The notes under the pieces were generated by a model. That model worked only from the letters and a program-made list of their open reading frames with translations, was not told where the DNA came from and searched no databases. Source: Camelus dromedarius (taxonomy: Eukaryota). Taken from it: a stretch of 64,000 bases of DNA. The position numbers were made by a program, and so were the translations under genes. This document shows, piece after piece, positions 50,585 to 63,799 of the stretch. Within the stretch, counting starts at the first letter, position 1. Every line of letters begins with the position of its first letter. The DNA lies in NCBI RefSeq assembly GCF_036321535.1, contig NC_087472.1, forward strand, positions 96,288,001 to 96,352,000. The letters are read 5' to 3'.

Positions 50585-51125
50585 TTAATAGATGTTTTTA
50601 AAAAATCATTTTTAGGTTCATCGCAAAACTAAGTGGAAAGTGAGTTCCTACAAACCTGTACCTTCCCCCTGCACACAGCCTCCCCCAACATCAAAACCCC
50701 CCACCAGAGTGGTACCTTTGCTACAATTAGTGAACCTACACTGACACATCATTATCAACCAAAGTCCATAGTTTACTGTTCACTCCTTGTATTGTACATT
50801 CTATGGGTTTGGACAAGAGGACTGCTCTAAAAATCCTCTGTGCTCTGCCTACACACCCCTCCCCTTCCCCCAACCCCTGGGAACCACTGATCTTTTTACT
50901 GTCTCCATAGTTTTGCTTTTTCCAGAATGTCATATAGTTGGAATCATACAGTATGTAGTCTTTTCAGATTGCTTCTTTCACTTCACAATATGCATTTAAG
51001 ATTCCTCCATGTCTTTTTGTGGCTATGATAGCTCATTTCTTTTTAGGTCTGAATAATATTCCATTGTCTGGATGTAGCATAGTTTATTTGTCTATTCACC
51101 TCTTGAAGGAAATTTCAGTTGCATG
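50585..51125 (-). mobile_element. Old L1 (L1MC-like) 3' region
   Basis: CCCCCACCAGAGTGGTAC, GAACCTACACTGACACATCATTATC, CCAGAATGTCATATAGTTGGAATCATACAG. Confidence 0.75.
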
Positions 51126-51679
51126 CAAGATTCACTAGCCCACCTTTTGATTTTAAAAGTGGAAAGTTAGAGTGTGAAGATGAGTGAACTAAAGGAGCAA
51201 GAACTACTTCAGTTTTACTAAATTTATATCTTCAATCAAATATGTGTGTGATTGGGAGCAGTAGCTCTATTCTCCCAAGTGCCCAGATTCTTGAATTTTT
51301 TGACAAACTGTCTTAGATGGTACAAATCCTCTTGAAGTTCATTTATCCTGGTCCTTTTGTTTCTAATTAAGGAGGGTTTTCAGCCTTAATAGTCTTTCTC
51401 TTCCCCTAAAAGAGGTCAGGAAAGATATTAAGTACAGGGAGAGTTAGGCAGGATAATTTATTGAGAAACTAAATCTGGGTTTTGTTTTTGCTGCTTTTAG
51501 AGGGACAAAAGGAAGAGGTAGCTGATCTCCCCCAACCTAAAAGACAACGGGGCCTTTGGGCTGCTGTGCCTTGGGAAATCCATTAGTTGCCTTGTAGAGC
51601 AGGGTGCTTTGGTTTCCAGGGATGAAAACAGAAGTCAGAAAATACAGGAGATATTCTGCTAGTCTCTGTAAATTCATTC

Positions 51680-52239
51680 CCTCCTCTGTTGGTAACTACC
51701 CCCACCTGTCTTTAGTTTCCCATGCAATACAATTGCGCTTTGACTGGGGTGAAGGTGGGGGTGGAGAATTGCCTACTTTGGTTGTAGTCATGAGATATAT
51801 GGCTCAATCTAAAAACTAACAAGTTTAATTAACTCTGACCACTGGCCATGGCTCATGGTTATTGGCACATGACCCAAATTAGGCCAATAAAAAGGAGAAG
51901 ACATTTCCTGGGGACTTCTGTAAAAGAAACCTGCTTGCTGTTTGGAGGAGGCTTTTGGAAGAATCTCTCTCTCTCTTCTCTTTCTACCTCCTCCCCATCT
52001 CTAAACACACACACGGAAGCATTAGCTGACAACCATGTTGTGATCAGGGTAAAGCTGACTGTAGAAAATGGAGCAAAAGAGAAAGAGGCTGGGTCCTAGA
52101 CGATGTTGTCAGGCAACTAAATTAAACCAATCCTGAAGCTTCCTCTGAACTTCCAGTTCCATAAGCCAGTACATCTCCTTTATGATTTAGGCCATCTTGG
52201 GTAGCTTTGTCTTGCTTAGAGTCAAAAGTATCCTAACTT
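51680..52239 (+). mobile_element. MLT1 (MaLR) LTR, old subfamily, with an L1 inserted at its 3' end
   Basis: GGCACATGACCCAAATTAGGCCAAT...AACTTCCAGTTCCATAAGCCA...AAAGTATCCTAACT. Confidence 0.6.
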
Positions 52240-52253
52240 TCTAAAGATGTGGT

Positions 52254-52306
<53 letters not shown>

Positions 52307-52753
52307 GGAATACTACTCAGCCATAAAAAGGAATGAAATAATGCCATTTGCAGCAACATGGATGGACCTAGAGATTATCATACTAAGTGAAGTAAGTCAG
52401 ACAAAGAGAGACAAAGGTCATATGATATAACTTATATGTGGAATCTAAAATATGAACTTATTTATAAAACAGAAACAGACTCATAGACACAGAAAACAAA
52501 CTTAAGGCTACCAAAGGGAAAACGGGGTGGGGGCTGGGCAGGGATAAATTAGGAGTTTGGGATTAGCAGATACAAACTACTACATACAAAATAGATTAAC
52601 AATAAGGTCCTACTATATAGCACAGGGAACTACTTTCAATATCTTGTAACAACCTATAATGAAAAAGAATATATATACATATAACTGAATCAGTTCGCTG
52701 TGCACCAGAAACTAACACAACACTGTAAATCAACTATACTTCAATTTAAAAAC
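52240..52753 (+). mobile_element. L1 3' end (end of ORF2 and 3' UTR), 5'-truncated
   Basis: AATGGAATACTACTCAGCCATAAAAAGGAATGAAATAATGCCATTTGCAGCAACATGGATGGACCTAGAG...; TSD AAGTATCCTAACTT at 52226-52239 and 52754-52767. Confidence 0.9.
52257..52304 (+). repeat. (CA)24 microsatellite inside an L1
   Basis: Read directly from the sequence. Confidence 0.95.
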
Positions 52754-54024
52754 AAGTATCCTAACTTCCACACAAAGCATTCTCAGATACTCTGCATACA
52801 CATTTGGGAAAAGCCTCACATTGATGGCTGCTGGTGGGTGTCTTGCTAGCTCTCATATGGGAATTCAAACCCGAATTTAATTTGATTTTTTAAAAAATAA
52901 AGAAAGGTAATGTTTCAAGTGCCCAAGTGTTAGGAAACAAAATCACATCCTATAATATCCAGAGGAAAAGAAATAATAACGGAGGCTCATTAAGTAAATC
53001 ATGGCACATGCATTCAATGGAACATTATACTGTTATTAAAATTCATTGTATGAAGTCTATATGAGAACATGGAAAATACAAACATTATAAGTGGGTAAAA
53101 GCAAGACACAGAACTATGTACCAAATTTGAGGTCAGCTTTAAAGAGTCCACAAAACTTTATAGAAAAAAAAGTCTGGAAGGAAACAGAGCATAGTGCCAA
53201 CAACGCAAGAACGCTAAAGAGTGTTTTGAGTGATAACATTTAGGAAATCCTTGGAGTTCCTGGGTAAGAAGTGATCCAAAAACATGAGCCAAGGATAGGG
53301 TAACACAAATGGCCTTATTCAGTTTTCCGTCACTTTAAAAGATGAAGGTTAATTATACAGAGACTTGTCCGAATCCACAATTATTTTTATCCAAAACATG
53401 ATCTTATCGGTTCTTATTAATATTTACTTACTGCCCATAATTAACTGAGCATGAATCATCATATGCAGTGGACTCTGACATCTAAGGTGCCACTTCTTAT
53501 ATGGAAAACTTGGCGTTTCTTACATCAGCAAGTCTAGTACAGCCTTCACCCATCCAAGCTGTTTGCCAAGAAGCAGCCCCCACCCTCATCCCTGACCCAC
53601 CACCACCACCACCAGCAAACTTGACAGTGAACCCGAGTCAGTTCCCAAGTTGCTAACATTTCCATCAGAGAGGGTTGTTGTGTAGCTGCCAGGAGGGCCT
53701 CTTCCCCAGGCCTCTGGGATCTTATTATCAGCTCCAATTCTCTTCACCTTTCCCTCCTACCACTTATCCCAATTTTCTGGAGGTTTGAAGCTTTGAGGAA
53801 AAGAAAGACTGCCATTCCTCACAAGGAGATTGGGGATTCCTGCTCTAGGATAATCTGTCCTGTGTACCATCTGATGGCCTGAGACAACTGTAAATCAGTG
53901 ATTTTAAAGGACCAGGTCTGGGGCCACCTTCCACACCTTCCACAATTTGAAGTGTGTAAAAGAACAGAATCAAAAAGGCCAGGTTTCTAAATCTAAAAAG
54001 ATTCCATCTCTTTAGAAGTACTAA

Positions 54025-54345
54025 GGCCCATGTGGGGTTATTGAGCACTTGAAACATGCTGGTCCAAATTGAGACAGGTTCTAAGTGTAAATTCACAGCA
54101 GATTTTGATGACTTAGGATAAGGAAAAGAAAGAAAAAGAAAAGAGAATACGAACTATCACATTAATATCATGTTGATTACATGCTGAAATAACATTTAGA
54201 TATATTGGTTAAATCATATATATTTTTAAAATTAATTTCATCTGTTTCTTTTACCCTTTCTAAAGTGTGGCTTCTAGAAAATGTAAAACTGTATCTGTGG
54301 TTTGCATTTGGGGCTCATGTTAGATTGCTACTGGGCAGTGCTGTG
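54025..54345 (-). mobile_element. MER33/Charlie-like hAT element
   Basis: Reverse-complement match to the 39472 element (TTGAGCACTTGAAA, TGTGGCTTCTAGAAAATGTAAAA, GGGCAGTGCTG). Confidence 0.65.
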
Positions 54346-57300
54346 CTCAGTATACTGCCGGGTGTCCTTGTAATTCTGCGGATACAGACAAGGTAATTAA
54401 CACTGGCTGCTGGCCTTCTTTGTGCCAGAGCTGTGTTGGGTGCACTTAGCTCTTTTAATCCTCATATCAATCCTGCAAGGCACTCATGAGTATACTCATT
54501 TACAGATGAGAAAACTGAGGCTCAAAGTAGTTAAGCAACTTGCCCAAGGCAACACACTGAAGTATGGCAGAGCCGGTAAATTCAACATTGGATAATTGTT
54601 CAGGGCGTTATCCAGTTGCCAACACTTTGCTTTCTGGCACGACTGGACGACCTATACAAGCAGAGGAAGTGATGCCAAAACAAATGGGAGGAGATGTGTT
54701 CTTTGAAACTGAAATTGCTTCACACGAACAAGTCTCATCAAAAAAATATAACTACACCTCCTTAGTCCTTGATGCCAAGTTGCCAAAACACATGGCTGGT
54801 GACAAGTGTTATAGCATGGCCTTTCTTTTTGTCTAACCATGACTTGGAAAGAGGGGTTGAGTGGGTGCTGTTTAAGAGCTAGACTTGCCACCATTTAAAA
54901 AAGATTCCTGTAACTTTTTGTCTATAGTTTGAGATGTAATAGAAAGAAAAATTTGCTAGTTAGCCCTATAATTTCCTTTTTCCCGCAGAGCATCTCGATG
55001 GGTTTGGATATACAAGTTTGGGCTTGCACCTGTGGGAAGAAGTACTTGGACCCCTCACTCCTTAGGGTGATCTGGGGAGGGAGAGGATGAAGTAGAATCA
55101 GGGTGGGGGTGGGGGGAGCTTTAAGAAGGGTTGGGTTGTAAGGTCCATGTTCTCCCCCTCCTCACCAATTTCATAACAGGTACTTCATCACAAATGCTTG
55201 TTTGGGGGTGATTTTTTTTTTTTCTGGCAGAGTCTGGTGAAAGAGGTGAGTGGTTCAGTAGCAGCTGTGCAGGAGAAAGATCCAAGTATCAGAGGCATCC
55301 AGAACATGGTAGGAGCAGAGATCCCGAGACGGCTGAGGACTGTGATGGGCTGTGGGATCTGAGGGGAGCAGGGAAACCTGCCAATGAGTTCAAGAGCTCC
55401 CCCCTAGGGATGGAGCTGCAGTTACTTGAAGTAACTTGCCAGTCACAATGCAGTCATTGGCAGGTTTCCTTGCTCACCTGGTGGTGTTTTCTGGCGTAGT
55501 CTCTCAAATCAGAAACCTGCACAAGGTCAGGTAACTGCAGCTCCATCCCTGGGGGGGAACTCTTAGAAAGCACAGGCACACATCTGAGTTTTCCAAGCCG
55601 AGGCAACAGAGCTGGAGTACTTGTCTGCCCATTCCCCTGGTTGGTGACTGAGAGTTGCTCCTGAGGAGAGCAAGGCGTTTCCCTAGCACTTTGGGCCTGC
55701 TGTGTGTACTGTGTGGAATTTTATTATTCTCTGGCTCTTATGGAAAATCACTTTATCACACATATATATGTTTATATTATTTCATTTCCATTGTTTGGAA
55801 CTGACAAACTTGCTACAATGCTGTACTTAAGAAGACTTCTGGAACTAGCTTTGTGTCCTTAGTATTATATTGCAAAGATTCATTTTATCTTATGTATGTA
55901 GCCCTAGGGGCATTTAGGTTGTTTCTAGCCTGTCTTTCTCTCTCTCTCTTTCCTTCCTTCCTTCTTTTTGTGTATTGATTTATTTACTACAAATAGTAAA
56001 CAATGCTGCTGTGAATGTTATTTTTGGACAGGTTTACAGATTCCATGAGAATATTTAATACTACAGGATAATACAAAATGATTAATTTATATTCCTATTG
56101 ATAAATACGAGATTTTATTCATCCGTATCCTCTTCTTCAAAACCTGGTATTGTCGGACAGCTTCACTGAATGCTCTAGTTTTCAGTTTGGGTGTTGGGTT
56201 CATGGAGGTTCCTATTTATTTATGTATTTATTTAAAAAGAGAGGCGCATGTGGACCTGTGTATCTTGAGCCCAAGATTATGACTAACTCAGTTCCATGTA
56301 GTTACGGACCCCCCTTGAAAACAGTGCAGTCACAGGATACCTATATCAAGTTCTAGAAATGAGGTTCTGTAAACACCTCAGCCCAGTTAGGGGCTCGAAG
56401 ATCCAGCCTCAGTCTAGATACCACTCTGAGCTGGGCAGTGTTTGTTCTTCTTCCAGAGATCCCTTCCTTCGTGCTGCCTCCACCAGACCACTATCATTCA
56501 AATGGGCCTGAAAAGTTCTCCTTGCTTCCCACAATTTCCCTTCCCAACGAAACATAACTCTTCAGTGTCCCATTTCCTCAAGACTCTGCTCCTTCCTAGA
56601 AGTGACTCGAAGTGGAAACTTAAGGTACCAGAGCCTAGGAATTGGGTGGATAAAGTTGGCTGTGTGGGCCTTTGGGCATTCCTCATGACACCAGGCAGGC
56701 CAACATCTGTCCCCGCTGAAGTGTAGGTCACCCCTAGATACTGGTACTCCCTACTGGGGCATCCCACAAGATTAGGCAGTATTGCTACTTACTGACTGTG
56801 TGGTTTTAGGCAAGGTATTTAACCTCTCCCGGCTTTGGTTTTCTCACCTGGAAAATGGGAGTGATAAAACCTCCTTTGAGGGTTTATTGTGAGAACTGGA
56901 GACAACACCCTCCCGGCCTCAGGAAGCTTTCAATTAGGGGAGCATGACAGCCTGGCCTACTAGACACTTGACCTCCAAGTTCCAGGCCTAGATCTGCCTG
57001 CCACTAACTAGCTCTGTGGGGTTGGGAAAATTGCTTCATCTTTTCATGCCCAGTTCCTCAAATGTAAAGTGAGAGGGCTGGACTTCAGCTGATCTCTAAA
57101 AAGGAGATCATGAGTCTATGAGAAGAACTCTGGCTACCATAGTCAATTATTTACCCATGTCAATGTAGCCACCCAGAGCTATCATGCCTCAAGTACTAAC
57201 TTATTCAATAGATCCTAAGGGAAGAGTTAGGACAAAAACTTTCCCAGGAAATGAGAGAAAATAATTTTGTTTTACTTGAGGGAATAATTTCCAAATCTGA

Positions 57301-58479
57301 AAGACGAAGGAAATAGTGAAAGGGGGTGGGGGAGATAACTATAAAATTTACATATAAAAGCCATGTTTGTGTTCAAAACTGAGTTCAGAACTCTGATATT
57401 ATTCTCCAATTACTCCAATTATTTTTTCACCACTCAAGATTATTGCATGAGTCAGAGCTGTATTCTGTTTCTCCTTGTATAACACTTTTCTTCTTTTATT
57501 CCTTTCCCTCAAAATAGCTTCATTCTTTCACTGCATTTTTTTCCTTCTCTGCATTCCTGTTGTTGTTTTGGTTTCAGTGAGAAAGTCACTTTGGTCTTGG
57601 GTTAAGTTTCATTTGGCAGCATAACCCTAATAATACCTGTTCTCATTCCTAAGCTATGTTCCCTCACAGCCATGGTCACGGAGTTCCATCTGAACTAGAC
57701 GTAAGCTGAATTTCAGGAGACCATTAACAAAAACTAGAGGAACATTTTCTCTTTCCATTATTTAAACCTTCAACCTCAGGCAATTCTTTTGGCTTTCCCA
57801 ATAGCACTCCTGGCTTCTCACAAGGTTGGAGACTTACCTGTATTCTCCCCTTACACTACTCTGTGAATTCACCTACCTAACAAATCTCCTAGTGTCCTTT
57901 GTCTGCTCACAGGACTGGCCTTGTTCCTGATGAAGAACCACTGCCTATACACTGGATGAGAAGCAGTTGCAAAGAAATTTTAATTAACTCAGACACCTTG
58001 GAGACAAAAAACCTCTCCAACAACACCAGGAGAATAAAAGGAAGAAAGAGGAGAGGGTGAGTTTACGGTTCAAGTCTCAAAATAACCAAGACTCAAGATG
58101 GAGATGGCAGTGATCAAGAATTAGAGAGCTAAGAGGAAGAGCAAGTGATGGAGTGATTCTGGCCAGAGGTGACAAGTGACCAAAGAGATGAAGCTAAGGC
58201 CCTGGGGCCGGGGGGCCTGTCTACCACCTACATTCGTCTTTCTGGGTAGGCAAAATACGTGTGCACATGTGCTTTGGTGGCGACCGTGGTGCGTGTGTTT
58301 CAGCCCCTCCCCAAAAGCAGTTTCCTGTTGGACTTCTCACCACCACCTAGCCTTTCCTGAAGGTGCTGTTCTCACTAACATCAGCCAGAAACACTCAGAG
58401 GAGATGACAGTTCCTAGGTTCCGGCCCCATTCTCCCACCACACCAAATTCACGATAAGTTCACCAATGGTCTTCGTGTC

Positions 58480-59720
58480 CAAGGGATACTTTTTAGTCCT
58501 TATTTTTCTTGACCTCATGATCACTCCCTCCTTGTTGCAAAACTTTCTTTGAATTCACTGGTTCCCCACCATCACTGTTTTTCTCCCTGCTTTCTGGTCA
58601 CTTCTGGGTCTTTTCTTCTGATATCTGCTCCTCTGCTTCATCTTAGGGTTCCTTAGAGCTCTTTCCTAGTCCCTCTTCTTACCTGCTTCTCTCTTTTGAG
58701 GCAACCTCCACTATCCCCATGACTTCAGTTATCATTAAAACTCCGATTCCCAATAAATCTCCTGCCTCTGTGTATGCAAAATGCCCCCTTGCTATTTCCA
58801 TGTGACTGTCTCAGTGACCCCCCCCAAGCTATATATGTCCAAAATTATATTCATGATCTTCCCACCAAAATTCTTCTCTTTCAGCATTGTCCCCTTCCCC
58901 AGAAAATGGTACTTCTGCTGACGGGGTTGCTTAGACTAAGAACCTAGGCATCATCTTGAACACTCCCTCTTGGTCACCTCTCACACTCCATCAGTCATCA
59001 AGTCTTCTGATTCTCTGTCCTATAGATCTCTTGAATCCTACCTTCTGCTTCTCTCCATCCCACTGCCACCATCCTGGCCACAGTGACCATCACTTGTCAC
59101 CTGGGCTCTTGCAAGTATCCTTATAAACTGGTCTCCTGGCATCTTTGCTTGCCCTTCACTCCATTCTTCCATCCACTGCAGCCTAATGATCTTTACAAAT
59201 GCAAATATGGTCACGCCACTCTCTTTCAAGGGCCCAGAAGGCACTGCCACATCTAGCCCCTACTCACCCCTCCATCTCCTGTTGTACAGTTCTAACTCTC
59301 ATTCTGTCTGCTGCAGAAATACTGGATTTATTTGACCACCTCAAAATGCAATGTTTTGCCTGCCTACAGCTTTTGGATATGCTCTTCCTTCTGTCTGACA
59401 GGCTTTTTCCACCGCCAATGACCTGAGACAGTGAACTCCTGCTCATCCTTAGAGTCTGCCTTAAATATCACATCCTCCGGAAAACCATCCCTGACCATCC
59501 AGATGGACTAGGTCTCCTTTTAATCACTCTCCTAGCACCATGCAGTGCTCCTTCATAGCACACTGCACACTTGAAGTTAATTAATAGCAATTTTTGGCTT
59601 AATGCCAGTCTCCCTCTTGTGGCTGGAAATTCCATACTGGTGGAGACCATGTCTGTCTGTTCACCACTGAGGTCTCAGTTCCTAGCTAATGGTAGGCTCT
59701 CAAGAAAAATCTGTAGAGTA
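58480..59720 (+). mobile_element. L2 LINE 3' region
   Basis: Pyrimidine-rich L2 motifs (CCTAGGCATCATCTTGAAC, AACTGGTCTCCTG, ATCACATCCTCCGGAAAACCATCCCTGACC, TGTTCACCACTG). Confidence 0.7.
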
Positions 59721-59810
59721 ACTGACTATCTGAACATTCCCACCAGTTCTTACCCCAACACTCTCGCCAAACCATGCTTATTGAATTGAAAACACCCTGC
59801 TGAATCCTCC

Positions 59811-60273
59811 TTAGTTTCCTATTACTCCTGTAACAATGTGCCACAAACTTAGTGTGACTCAGAGCAACACAAATGTATTCTCTTACAGTTCTGGAGGTCA
59901 GAACTCCTAAAATCAAGGAATCAGCAGGGCTGCATTCCTTCTGAAAGCTCTAGAGGAAAATCCATTTCCATGCCCTTTCTGGCTTCTAGAGGCTGCCTGA
60001 GTTCCTCGGCTCATGGCCTCCCATCACTCCGACCTCTACTTTCATCATATCTCCTTTCCTGACTCACTTCTCTCACTCCACTGCCTCCCTCCTATGGGAA
60101 CCTTTGTGATTACATTGGGTCCATCTGGATAATCCAAGATCATCTTCCCATCTGGAGATCCTTAACTTCATCATCTCTGCAAAGTCTCTTCTGCCACATG
60201 AGGTAACGTATTCACAGGTTCCGAAGAGAAGGACTTGGATATCATTGTGGAGGGGCATTATTCAGCCTACCAC
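59811..60273 (-). mobile_element. MLT1C/D-like (MaLR) LTR
   Basis: CCACAAACTTAG...TCTTACAGTTCTGGAGGTCAGAA...CTTCTAGAGGCTGCC...GATTACATTGGG...ATTCAGCCTACCAC. Confidence 0.75.
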
Positions 60274-61919
60274 CCCTCCCATGCCTCAGAGGATAAAACT
60301 TTTGCAGTTTTCTGGAACAAATTCTGAACTTTACTATCAAATATCACACATCCTTACACATCATGATACTGCCCGCATTATAATTCTTTCTCCTGAATCC
60401 CCATATAAATTAGATTCCACTTGTCTGTCCTCAAGTGTGCACATAAACTAATTCCATAGTGTCCACAAACACACAGTCCTCAGGTGTGCTTAGAATATCC
60501 CTCCTGACTCCTGGCCCCGTGGTGGGGAGGGCAGAGCTCTGCAGCAGGAAGGGAACGTGGCCCAGGCCAGTGGCTAAATGGACCTCGCCTTGTTTGATGC
60601 CCCAAGCTACCCTCCCAACTCCAAGTCTCCCTTCCCAGCTGTCACTTTCTGGAGAAACTGGCTGAGGGGATGGATGGTCACAAGGTGTCTCAGGTGGAAG
60701 AGTCTTAGCAAGAAGCTGTGGCTGAACATTTCTAGAGACATTTATAATATGTAAAACAACATTTAGAAGGTGCCCAAGTATTTGGCAATGAGTGTGGAAG
60801 CCAAAGGGTTTCATAATACAAACAATTTGCATCTTAAACACTTGACATTATTGGTATGACTATTCTTAAGACTGAGAAAGCCTGCTCCTCAAAGTACTAC
60901 TTACGGACTGTTCACCTCAGAGTTGGAGCAGGAAGAAATACTCGGCCCCGGGCATGGTCTCATCCTGAGTTACAGCTGCCATTACGTGCTTTTTCTGACA
61001 GTTACAGAAATCAAGCAGAAGACACTGCTTCTGGCAGCACTGAATGTACTAACTGGGAGTGACTCTCTTGTTCCCAACAGGCACGATCTGGACTTTTGTG
61101 GGAGTGAAGACAGGCTTGCTCTCCTCTCACACCATCTACTTTCCTCGCAGTAACCAACTCTCAGTTCTTTCCTCCTGGGTCCCATTTAGAGATAGTTGCT
61201 TTATGGATATTCTGGGGTTTTTCCAAGTCCTGATTATTTTACCAATGAAAGATTTCCAAAGGAACCAGAAGGAATGGAGAACATTTTTTCTACACTCTTC
61301 TTACATTTCTTTATTAAAATAAAAAATCTCTGCCAAGAAAAGCTCTAGGTAAATTGCTCTGGGTCATCTATTCCTGAGATGGACACACCTTTAGTGTAAT
61401 CTAGTCATGACGTTTTAGAGTTTGGAGGCTGGAGATCAGCTGGTCCACTCCCTCATTTTGCACATGAGAAAGCTAAGGTACAGACACCTAAGGAAATTGT
61501 CCAAGGACATACAGGTCAGGGCTGTTGACAGTTTCATGAGGCCATAAAAGGTATCAACCAAGATAGTAGACAGCCAGTTGATAACAGTCATAGATACAGC
61601 TTCCATATAATAAATTCAGTCTTCATTCTTTTAAGGTTTTGTGATAATCCAACCTGCACTAGACCAAAGTTTACTTCAAACACTCTATGAAAGAAAAGCT
61701 TACTAAGCAATGAATGGTGTAAAAAGATCACAGAACATATTGTTTACCTATTTCCAGGGGCAATCTTTATACAGGACATTTGCCTTTAACTGTATGCAAC
61801 TATACTTTTGATTGTCAAATAAATCATTAAAACAAGCCTTGCAAAACCTCAGTTTGGAGTCATTTTGTTAATTATTTAATCCTCATTGTAGATTCGCCAT
61901 TTAAAAAATATTTTTAGTT

Positions 61920-62045
61920 GGGGAGGGTATAGCTCAAATGGCAGAGCTCATGCTCAGCATGCACGAGTCCTCGGTTCAGTCCCCAGGCCCTCCTATAAAT
62001 GAATAAATAAATATAATTACCTCCCCCCAAAAAAAACAAAAAAAA
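61920..62045 (+). mobile_element. tRNA-derived SINE, vic-1-like, inserted in the tail of an L1
   Basis: Consensus head, 3' module and A-tail. TSD AAAAATATTTTTAGTTG/AAAAATTTTTTAATTG. Confidence 0.8.
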
Positions 62046-62114
62046 ATTTTTTAATTGAAGTAGAGTTGATTTACAATGTCATGTTAGTTCCTGGTATACA
62101 GCATAGTGATTCAG

Positions 62115-62171
<57 letters not shown>

Positions 62172-62294
62172 TTCCTCATGTAGGGTTTTTTATATATATA
62201 TATAATACATATATATATTCCTTTTCAGATTGTTTTCCATTATAGGTTATTACAAGATAATATAGTTCCTTGTGCTGTACAGTAGGACCTTGGT
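62046..62294 (-). mobile_element. L1 3' end, cetartiodactyl-type
   Basis: Reverse complement of the same 3' UTR. Outer TSD GTAGAyTyGCCATTTAAAAAAT at 61888-61909 and 62295-62316. Confidence 0.8.
62116..62171 (+). repeat. (GATA)14 microsatellite inside an L1 3' UTR
   Basis: Read directly from the sequence. Confidence 0.95.
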
Positions 62295-62902
62295 GTAGAC
62301 TTGCCATTTAAAAAATTATGTCTTTTAAACAATAAGTCTCAGAACTTTCATTGATCCAGCCTGATTATTCCTTCTCCTGACTCAGAATCAAAAGGGCGTA
62401 ACTGCAGGACTTCAAAGGGAATCAAATTATGGGGCAAGGCTGACTCTTCCAAGCAACTGCCCTCATTCACCTTGAGTGAATCTTGGACGCTTTTGCTTTG
62501 AAGAATAAGGGAGGGTGGAGTGTTGAGGAATTTGCTTTTGCCCGCCAGGATGAATGCAGCACTTTGAATGGCACCCCTTATTCATACACATCAAGGCTTT
62601 CTTCAGATAAAAACAGACAAGTCACCACCAGGCACAAGGCCTTCACCCTGCCTGCCTACAGCCCACCCAGGATTTCATTTAAACCCTGGACCCTTAGCAA
62701 GACATTCAAGTCCTCTAATTTTTTACTGATTGCAAAATCAAACTGATGCCCAGTGGAAAATTCTTTCCTTCATTTAGGGCAGGGATTGTTAACTAATATT
62801 AGATACTTGCCAGAGAATCTGGGTTTGAGGTGGTACTCTGTATCAAAAAGACACTTTTCACCTTCCCTCTGATTCTCTCTCTCTCCTCCTTCCCTGGCAT
62901 CT

Positions 62903-63273
62903 GGGGTTGCCCAGGATAAAATATAGGCCATCCAGTGAAATTTGAATTTCAGATAAACAATAAATATATTTTAGTCCATGTATGTCTCGTGTCCTATTTG
63001 GAACATACTTATACTTAATTTTTAATTTTTTTTAATAAAGTTTATTCTTTTAGAGCAGTTTCAGGCTCACAGCAGAACTGAGCAGAAAATACAGAGTTCA
63101 CACACAGTCCTCCCCACGCACACATATATACTCCCCTACCCTCAACATCCCTCAACAGTGTGGCATATTTACATACTTATACTTTAAAACTTACTTGATT
63201 ACGTGAAATTCAAATCTCACTGGATGTCCTGTACTGATTGAATTTTTTTTTTTTGGCTAGATCTGGCAACCCT
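62903..63273. mobile_element. MER53 (palindromic hAT MITE) interrupted by an L1 3' fragment
   Basis: Termini GGGTTGCC.../...GGCAACCCT; arms CATCCAGTGAAATTTGAATTTCA / TGAAATTCAAATCTCACTGGATG. The insert is flanked by duplicated ACATACTTATACTT. Confidence 0.75.
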
Positions 63274-63799
63274 ACATGAGTCTCTTTATCCAACTTTGTT
63301 TTGTTCTTTCTCCTAAAATTTTATTTTCATGGGCTTTCTTCCCAGTTTTATTCTCCTCTTTAAGAAGAGTTATTTCTTCACCTTCTGCTCTTATTTGGGG
63401 GGTATGAATGTTTAGTGATTTCAGATTGTAATGGGCAGCCCTGGGCTTCTCTATAAAAGGGCTCAGAGCCACTCATCAGGTGAGAATTGAAGAGGGCGTA
63501 TCTGAAGCCATTTCTCCTGATATTCCACCCTCAGCAAGTACTCCTTTGAATTAAGCATTGTCTTCACTAGGTGGCACTTCTAAAACATCTCTGGGAAACA
63601 GTAACACAAATTATCAATACCTTAAGAGAAGTGGTAGTAATGATTTTAAAATTTTATCTCCATCTACCTTGTGAAAATAAACACTTTTTTGAAAGTATAA
63701 CCGAAGTGTGTCCAATTAATAAGGACACAGCTGGATGAATTTTCCTCAAATGAACATACTCAGGTAACCAGCGCCCAGATCAAGAAACACGACATGGGG

